Shown here one piece after another: positions 58,229 through 64,000 of a stretch of 64,000 bases of DNA. Under the pieces are notes generated by a model that was not told the DNA's origin, ran no database searches, and saw only the letters and a list, made by a program, of their open reading frames with translations. The position numbers and the translations under genes were made by a program. Positions within the stretch are counted from its first letter, which is position 1, and each line of letters starts with the position of its first letter. The stretch is from Methanobacteriota archaeon (GTDB taxonomy: Archaea; Thermoplasmatota; Poseidoniia; Poseidoniales; Thalassarchaeaceae), in contig JABIGF010000014.1 in NCBI GenBank assembly GCA_018650285.1, positions 683 through 64,682 of the forward strand. The letters are read 5' to 3'.

Positions 58229-58684
58229 TCATGCCTTCTTTAATCCCATTGTTGGAGGAATAATCCCCACCATCCCACACGTAAAGAATTGGAATGTGGC
58301 CACTACATGATGCCATAATACCCAGCCAATACCGTCAGCGGTTTCGTCAGTTATTACTCCTGCAATTACTATGTTCACAAACATTACTGCAAATACCACC
58401 CAACCAGCTCCTTGAATTCTGCGAAGAATCAATCCGCCACATACTATCAAAATTAGCGCGACGATTATACTAACTATGTCAGGAAGTGGATTACTGCTTG
58501 AGATATCAATTGCCAAATATCCTTTCAAGATCCCAGCAAGAATGAGAAAGACTCCACTGCCAGTATACACCCAATATGGCTCTTCCATTATCAGCAGGTG
58601 TGGCGCTTTCTCTGGTTTGTCACCAACACCTATGGCAATAAATTCGCGGTCACCAGGAATTGCTTCCAAGGTCTTCTCATCCAC
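58229..58684 (-). CDS. Hypothetical membrane protein (about 4 TM segments)
   Basis: Hydrophobic 151-aa ORF; TTGATA 23 nt upstream. Confidence 0.65.
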   Translation of the reverse strand: MDEKTLEAIPGDREFIAIGVGDKPEKAPHLLIMEEPYWVYTGSGVFLILAGILKGYLAIDISSSNPLPDIVSIIVALILIVCGGLILRRIQGAGWVVFAVMFVNIVIAGVITDETADGIGWVLWHHVVATFQFFTCGMVGIIPPTMGLKKA

Positions 58685-58727
58685 GATTCAACGGAGATGT
58701 CACCCAATATCAACCTTGACAACCAAC

Positions 58728-59576
58728 CTATTCTGCAACAGGCGGTTCAGGCAATGGTGTCTCTAACGGCTCATACTCAATAGTTAGGAATGTTTCAGTC
58801 TCGATTTGGTCGCCTTCAACATCAATATCCATTCTCCAACCGCCTGCAAGTGGGTCGTTTGTGCCCCAGCCATACTGGTCTTGGCCACCGTCAGCAATTT
58901 CCTTGGTTGAGGCATCTTCCTCTGTATCAGCAGGGTTTCGTACAGACCAAGTGACTGTTGATGGACCTCCTCCAATGATAAAGGCAGGAGAATTGGTCGC
59001 ATTGCTAATCAAATCAACACGCCTTGGTGAAGCCTCTGAAGAACCGGGTGAGGTATCAAACCAAACAGGGTATGGATTGTCTGTACTTTGAGTATTATCG
59101 TAATGTAATTCATACTCAACCCGCAATAGAACCTCTACTTCTCCTGTATTGCCATCAGAATCGTTCGCCCCAAGAGTCGCTCGGTAAATCCCATGTGTAT
59201 CATAGGATACTGTGACTGTTGACATATCAGCAGCATTGACCTCAACTACTGCGTCTCCGTTGCCAGGGTCAACCCAAAATGTGGATATATCTCCCTCTTC
59301 GCTGTAAGTCTCATTGAAATCAAAGGTAAATCCTGCCTCATCTAACGATTGTGTCTGATTTTGAGAATTCGGTGCCATGATGTGAAGAATGGTGCCAGAG
59401 GTTGCATCTGCACCCCAAACCACGTGAACCTTGCTTGGTTTTGTCTCATCATCGCCACCCAAACAGCCAGCCATTGGAGAGAGTAGTAGAAGAAGCATCA
59501 AGGCTATGCTAGGCAATACTCGGCTACCTAAACCCGCACTAATCAAGCGTGTCATAACAACTACGGGAGGGCTCAT
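58728..59576 (-). CDS. Lipoprotein with a PKD-like domain
   Basis: Lipobox MAGC after a hydrophobic stretch; FTFDFNETYS..GDISTFWVDPG and Y...GIY...L...DSDGN. Confidence 0.72.
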   Translation of the reverse strand: MSPPVVVMTRLISAGLGSRVLPSIALMLLLLLSPMAGCLGGDDETKPSKVHVVWGADATSGTILHIMAPNSQNQTQSLDEAGFTFDFNETYSEEGDISTFWVDPGNGDAVVEVNAADMSTVTVSYDTHGIYRATLGANDSDGNTGEVEVLLRVEYELHYDNTQSTDNPYPVWFDTSPGSSEASPRRVDLISNATNSPAFIIGGGPSTVTWSVRNPADTEEDASTKEIADGGQDQYGWGTNDPLAGGWRMDIDVEGDQIETETFLTIEYEPLETPLPEPPVAE

Positions 59577-59672
59577 CTAAGAAAAAGGCAACGGCGAAAC
59601 CCACAAACAATTACTTCGCACACCTATTGATGTAATCGGGTGCCTTGATAGCGTGAACCACATGGCCATAAC

Positions 59673-60344
59673 ATGCGCCGAGAGGTTGTCTACATCCTCA
59701 CTATTAGCATCGGTTTGTGGGTGGATCAGAATGGTGCTGATTGGGCCATAAAAGGCGAATATTTTGTCGACATTTTTTGCTGGAGTCTCTTCGCGACAAT
59801 CTATGCACGGGGTGAACGGTTAGAGCGTATTGAGATGCTTACCGTTTTGGCATTTGCAACACCAATGGAACTGTTCTTCAGCGAAGTTTGGCATTTGTAT
59901 GAATACCGTGAGGGAATGATGCCACTATTCGTGCCGGTGGGGCATTGGTTCCTGTTTGATTTGGGACGACGACTTTCTCGTCACTTACCTGAAAAATGGT
60001 CGTGGTTTACCATTCTTCCATTTATCCCATTGTCATTGTATTTCGCCTACAAAGGTGTTGACACATCTGGTTTGTTCTTGCTCGTCGCTTTGCTTTCTTT
60101 CATGCGTTGGAGACCTGAACGGCGTCTGTATGCCACGATGGCATGGTTGGCGCTCGCAATGGAATTATGGGGCACACATTTGGGAAACTGGACTTGGTAT
60201 CCAGATGTGGGTTGGACACCACTGACCGCATTGAATCCACCACTTCTATGCGGTGTTGTCTACGCGTTGGGTGATTTGTTGGTGAATGTGACTGTCAATC
60301 GATTCACTCAAACAGAATCGACGGACAATCACCCAGTGGATTGA
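59673..60344 (+). CDS. Hypothetical multi-pass membrane protein
   Basis: 223 aa, hydrophobic, with duplicated E....W.Y..P-like half repeats. Confidence 0.7.
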   Translation: MRREVVYILTISIGLWVDQNGADWAIKGEYFVDIFCWSLFATIYARGERLERIEMLTVLAFATPMELFFSEVWHLYEYREGMMPLFVPVGHWFLFDLGRRLSRHLPEKWSWFTILPFIPLSLYFAYKGVDTSGLFLLVALLSFMRWRPERRLYATMAWLALAMELWGTHLGNWTWYPDVGWTPLTALNPPLLCGVVYALGDLLVNVTVNRFTQTESTDNHPVD

Positions 60345-60425
60345 GCGTTTGCTGATTGGTATTGACTACGATGACTTCGCCCACATTGAATTGAATTGAA
60401 ATAGGGGTGGCGTTCCCGATGGGTC

Positions 60426-60503
60426 AGCGCTTTGGAGTAGTCAGGTCATCTCGTCGGGCTCATAACCCGGAGACCGGTAGTTCAAATCTACCAGGCGCTA
60501 CCA
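60426..60503 (+). tRNA. Initiator tRNA-Met (CAU), CCA encoded
   Basis: Acceptor AGCGCTT/AGGCGCT (A1-U72); anticodon stem with three consecutive G-C pairs, GGG-CT-CAT-AA-CCC; T arm GGTAG-TTCAAAT-CTACC. Confidence 0.96.
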
Positions 60504-60504
60504 A

Positions 60505-60984
60505 TTATTCATCTTCATTACTGACATCACCCATTACTACTGAATCTTTGATTATGATAGTTTTTACCTCTGTAGTTGTCGCTGCTGCCGGTGTTGTTGT
60601 ATTGTTAGAATCTGTTTTTTTGAAGTGAACCCAAAGCACGTAAGGTAGGCTCCAGAAGGCACCTCCAACAGCTCCTATGGCAACCACTGTGGCTAATGTG
60701 ATTGGTTCGTTGTTTGGTAATCCAAATAGAGGGCCAAATAGGGGGATTATAGATGTGATAAAAGCTATGGGAATCAGTATCTTTAGGTTCAATTCAGGAC
60801 CTCCTAATCGTATCGATATTTGATTAACAGTTACTGCGGAAAGGGCAGCCAATGCAAAAAAACCACCGCAGAGTCCTGCAAAAGAACCTGGATCAATCTC
60901 ACCAAGGACGAATACGACGATAATGAATATCGCCAATAAAGCACCTGTTCCTGCGCCAGCAAAAATGATGTCTCTTTTTCTCAT
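60505..60984 (-). CDS. Hypothetical membrane protein (4 TM segments)
   Basis: Hydrophobic 159 aa with a C-terminal IKDSVVMGD tail. Confidence 0.65.
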   Translation of the reverse strand: MRKRDIIFAGAGTGALLAIFIIVVFVLGEIDPGSFAGLCGGFFALAALSAVTVNQISIRLGGPELNLKILIPIAFITSIIPLFGPLFGLPNNEPITLATVVAIGAVGGAFWSLPYVLWVHFKKTDSNNTTTPAAATTTEVKTIIIKDSVVMGDVSNEDE

Positions 60985-61067
60985 AATACCACTATCGCTG
61001 ATAATTTGTATTATGTGTTAATTTATGTATCTGTGTATCAAGATAAGGGAAACCGGCGGAATCATCA

Positions 61068-62477
61068 ATGGCTGCTCTCCCCGTTGAAGGGGCGAGGGAG
61101 CAGATGAGTGGCGGTTCAATGTTGATACGTGACGCTGAAATGGTGCTCTCGGACCGCATCGTTGCTGGTGATTTGCGAGTAGTCGCAGGCAAGATAGAAT
61201 CAATCGCTATTGGAGGAGGTCTAGTCCCTAATGGAGATGAGATGCTTGTTGAGGCTGAGGGTCTACACCTGATGGCTGGGGCAATTGACCCTCAAGTCCA
61301 TTTCAGAGAGCCTGGCAACCCTGAGAAAGAAACCATCGGTTCAGGCTCTAGAGCAGCCGCAGCAGGTGGTGTGACATCATTCTTAGATATGCCAAACAAC
61401 AAACCTGCCACTACCAGTTTAGCCGCAATGCAGGCAAAAATAGACTCAGCTGCAGCAACAGCAGTCACAAACTACGGATTTTTCATCGGTGCTACACCAA
61501 CTAACGTTGCAGACTTGCAAGAGGCTGTAGGAACTGCAGAAGCACCTTCACCAACTGATGGAATCTGTGGAATCAAGGTATTCATGGGCTCATCAACTGG
61601 CGACCTTCTAGTTCACCAACAAGAACATCTTGAGAACATCTTTGCTAACACAGGTGGAATCATCGCTGTCCACGCAGAGGATGAAGACAGACTCAATGCT
61701 AGATGGCCAGAGTTCCAAGACCGCACTGATATCGCCGCTCACGCTGAATGGCGTGACTACGAATGCGCTCTGATAGCAACTAAGCGAGCAACGGCTCTAG
61801 CAAAAGAATTCAACCACAAATTGCATGTTCTTCACCTTACAACAGGTGTAGAAGCGGATTGGTTAGCCCAAAACAAGGGTGATTTAGTGACTACGGAAGT
61901 ATGTCCGCAGCACCTCACTTTTGACGAAGAGGATGTGACGCGCGTGGGCACCCGTCTGAAAATGAACCCACCAATTCGCTATGCTCAAGACCGTGACACG
62001 TTATGGCGCCGTCTCAAGGATGGAACGATTGACTGCATTGCAACCGACCACGCCCCTCACACTTTGGAAAACAAGGCACTAGGGTTCCCTGCCGCCCACT
62101 CTGGAATGCCTGGAGTGGAAACTTCTCTCCCCCTCATGCTCACACACGCACTGGATGGGAAGTGCTCTGTCTCTGACGTCGCACGCTGGATGTGTGAAGG
62201 GCCTGCCCGAGTTTATGGCATGAAGAACAAGGGTCGTCTTGAAGAAGGATTTGATGGAGACTTGGTGCTTGTTGACTTAGAAAACTCTCACACCATCCAA
62301 GATGCAGATACTTGGACTAATGTCGGCTGGACACCACTTGCTGGCATGGAATTGACTGGATTCCCACAACTAACTGTTGTGGGTGGAATTCCTGTTCATG
62401 GACGAGGGATTGGCGGCTCGCTGCGCGGCGAGCCTTTCTGTGAATCCGGCGAAGCCGGAACTGCTCTCAAATTCTGA
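61068..62477 (+). CDS. pyrC: Dihydroorotase (amidohydrolase family)
   Basis: Motifs IDPQVHFREPG, DMPNN.P, KVFMG, HAED, KMNPPIR and ATDHAPH. Confidence 0.85.
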   Translation: MAALPVEGAREQMSGGSMLIRDAEMVLSDRIVAGDLRVVAGKIESIAIGGGLVPNGDEMLVEAEGLHLMAGAIDPQVHFREPGNPEKETIGSGSRAAAAGGVTSFLDMPNNKPATTSLAAMQAKIDSAAATAVTNYGFFIGATPTNVADLQEAVGTAEAPSPTDGICGIKVFMGSSTGDLLVHQQEHLENIFANTGGIIAVHAEDEDRLNARWPEFQDRTDIAAHAEWRDYECALIATKRATALAKEFNHKLHVLHLTTGVEADWLAQNKGDLVTTEVCPQHLTFDEEDVTRVGTRLKMNPPIRYAQDRDTLWRRLKDGTIDCIATDHAPHTLENKALGFPAAHSGMPGVETSLPLMLTHALDGKCSVSDVARWMCEGPARVYGMKNKGRLEEGFDGDLVLVDLENSHTIQDADTWTNVGWTPLAGMELTGFPQLTVVGGIPVHGRGIGGSLRGEPFCESGEAGTALKF

Positions 62478-62479
62478 TT

Positions 62480-64000
62480 TCAGGATCTATCTGGGTCTGA
62501 TGATGCTTCTCCGCTTTCACTGCTTGAGCCCTCTCCATCTTCACGGACCTCATCAGAACGTACGACATCTTCTTCCCAACCCCAATAACTTGGGGCATCA
62601 ATTCTATCAGGAAGCGACACTGAGTCTGAAAGATTCATTGTCGTATAATTAGTCACAGTCACGCCTTCTGCAGAGAATGCATAGACGTAATCGCCCATGA
62701 AAATTGAGCGCCTAACATTTGGACTACCGTAGTAGTAGGATTCACGTAGGCCATTCTCATCATTATAGAAACCTGAGTGGTCGATTGTACCATACTTGAC
62801 TAGTGTGTTATTCTCAGCATCAACCTTGACAAGCACTAACTGAGAGACATATTCGTAACCACTGCGGGAGTATTTTTGCCCATCAATCACAACTTCATCG
62901 TAGGTGTAGCGGGATGTTGAAAGTGGGATTGCTAACAGTTCAGCAGGTGCCCAGTAGGTGAACGCCTTGTGCTCATAGGTAGCCTCACTGTACGACCATG
63001 ACCAGTCCCGCCAATCCTCACTGTTGCGGTCAATAGGTGCAAGTTGCAGAGCTGACGCCAATGTTGGGTCAGAGAAGTTTGAGACATCAAACAGTGAAAT
63101 CTGGGTGTTACCCCAATCCAATCCCAATCCATCTTCGCCGCCAGCAATACCGATTGTCAATAGATGGTCTTCACTTAGTGGGTGAATGTAAGTTGACACA
63201 CCTGGAACCTCTAACTCACCAATCACTCTTGGATCGGTTGGGTCTGAAAGGTCAATTGTCCATAGTGGGTCCATGTTTCTGAATGTGACAAGGTATCCCT
63301 TCTCACCGATGAAACGGCAAGACCAGATGGTCTCGCCTTCAGCAATGTCACCAACGTGACCAATTTGCATTAATTCATCGCCGCCGTTCTCATCTGGCGC
63401 AAGAACATAGACATCGTTAGTTGGACCGGTCCAATCTTCGCCATCTAACCACCAGCGCCCCCAAACATCCTGTGTTGTAGCAACACGGATGGTGCCGTTG
63501 TATTCAGAAAGTGAAAACTGGTCGTTGACAGTACCTGTCACTCGACCTGAACCGATATAGGTGGTCAATCCGCCATCTGAGATGTCGAAAGCATGTATGT
63601 TGGTTGCCTCTTCAAAGTCATCATTTCGCCAATACCACCACCAATCGTTGGCTGGTTCTGAAAGAATCAACATATCTTCGCTAGCGTATACTTCAACCCA
63701 TGATGAAGAGACATGGTCTAGTTCGTATTCAACCATGTCACCAAACAATTCAATGGTCATTATAGTTGTAAATCCACGACCTACCGAATCTGCTGCTGCA
63801 GAAAATTCTTCGCAAGTTGCGCTTACTGTTGATTGTTCAACAACTGTTCCGTCAGCCATTCGCTCATGCATTCTTGGAGAGAAATCTGCTAATGTTAGGC
63901 CTGCAATAACTTCTAGATTGTAGGCAATTGCTTCATCAACACTCGTATTCCAAACATCTTGTCGGTCTGGGTCATCGTAGTCAATCTCCCAGTAAGTATC
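62480..64000 (-). CDS. Secreted beta-propeller domain protein, 5'-truncated by the window edge
   Basis: Motifs NDQFSLSEY.G.IRVATT, GETIWSCRF, VTFRNMDPLW.IDLSDP..P...GELEVPGVSTYIHP and HKAF. The frame stays open to 64000. Confidence 0.85.
   Translation of the reverse strand, partial: DTYWEIDYDDPDRQDVWNTSVDEAIAYNLEVIAGLTLADFSPRMHERMADGTVVEQSTVSATCEEFSAAADSVGRGFTTIMTIELFGDMVEYELDHVSSSWVEVYASEDMLILSEPANDWWWYWRNDDFEEATNIHAFDISDGGLTTYIGSGRVTGTVNDQFSLSEYNGTIRVATTQDVWGRWWLDGEDWTGPTNDVYVLAPDENGGDELMQIGHVGDIAEGETIWSCRFIGEKGYLVTFRNMDPLWTIDLSDPTDPRVIGELEVPGVSTYIHPLSEDHLLTIGIAGGEDGLGLDWGNTQISLFDVSNFSDPTLASALQLAPIDRNSEDWRDWSWSYSEATYEHKAFTYWAPAELLAIPLSTSRYTYDEVVIDGQKYSRSGYEYVSQLVLVKVDAENNTLVKYGTIDHSGFYNDENGLRESYYYGSPNVRRSIFMGDYVYAFSAEGVTVTNYTTMNLSDSVSLPDRIDAPSYWGWEEDVVRSDEVREDGEGSSSESGEASSDPDRS

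Noticed and set aside
59673..60344. Rhodopsin-like membrane protein
   Set aside because: No retinal-binding DxxxK helix-G motif or RYxDW motif.
60426..61060. Integrated element at tRNA-iMet or tRNA-Gln
   Set aside because: The downstream DNA is somewhat AT-rich, but I found no integrase and no duplicated tRNA 3' end.
61280..61310. Inactive dihydroorotase (QVH instead of HxH)
   Set aside because: The DPQVHFR variant is, to my knowledge, common in one dihydroorotase subgroup, and the other metal and substrate motifs are intact.

Overview
Gene-dense 64 kb archaeal chromosome segment. Archaeal hallmarks are radA, rpoK/Rpo6, hel308-cgi121, purP, rqcH/aNEMF, and tRNA-Gln and initiator tRNA-Met with A1-U72 pairs. 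Bacterial-type catabolic and respiratory genes (acnA, kynA, thiolase, ctaA/ctaB) and several giant acidic, C-terminally anchored surface proteins suggest Marine Group II (Ca. Poseidoniales, Thermoplasmatota); this assignment is inference. I count about 44 CDS (both edge genes are truncated) and 2 tRNAs. I saw no rRNA, CRISPR array, transposase or integrase. The most notable signals are: (1) unrelated single-pass surface proteins carry small aromatic WW or WW-like cytoplasmic modules and Pro-rich tails, and one also has a reduced LDL-receptor class A motif; (2) a non-canonical TATA-position element, TT[G/C]A[A/T][A/G], sits 21-26 nt before many start codons and in places serves two divergent genes; (3) structured 5' leaders begin at predicted transcription starts (korAB, LeuA-family gene, hel308, rpoK), and a G-U-supported double hairpin lies between the 2123-aa gene and ahcY. 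All family calls come from motif recognition only; no database searches were run.
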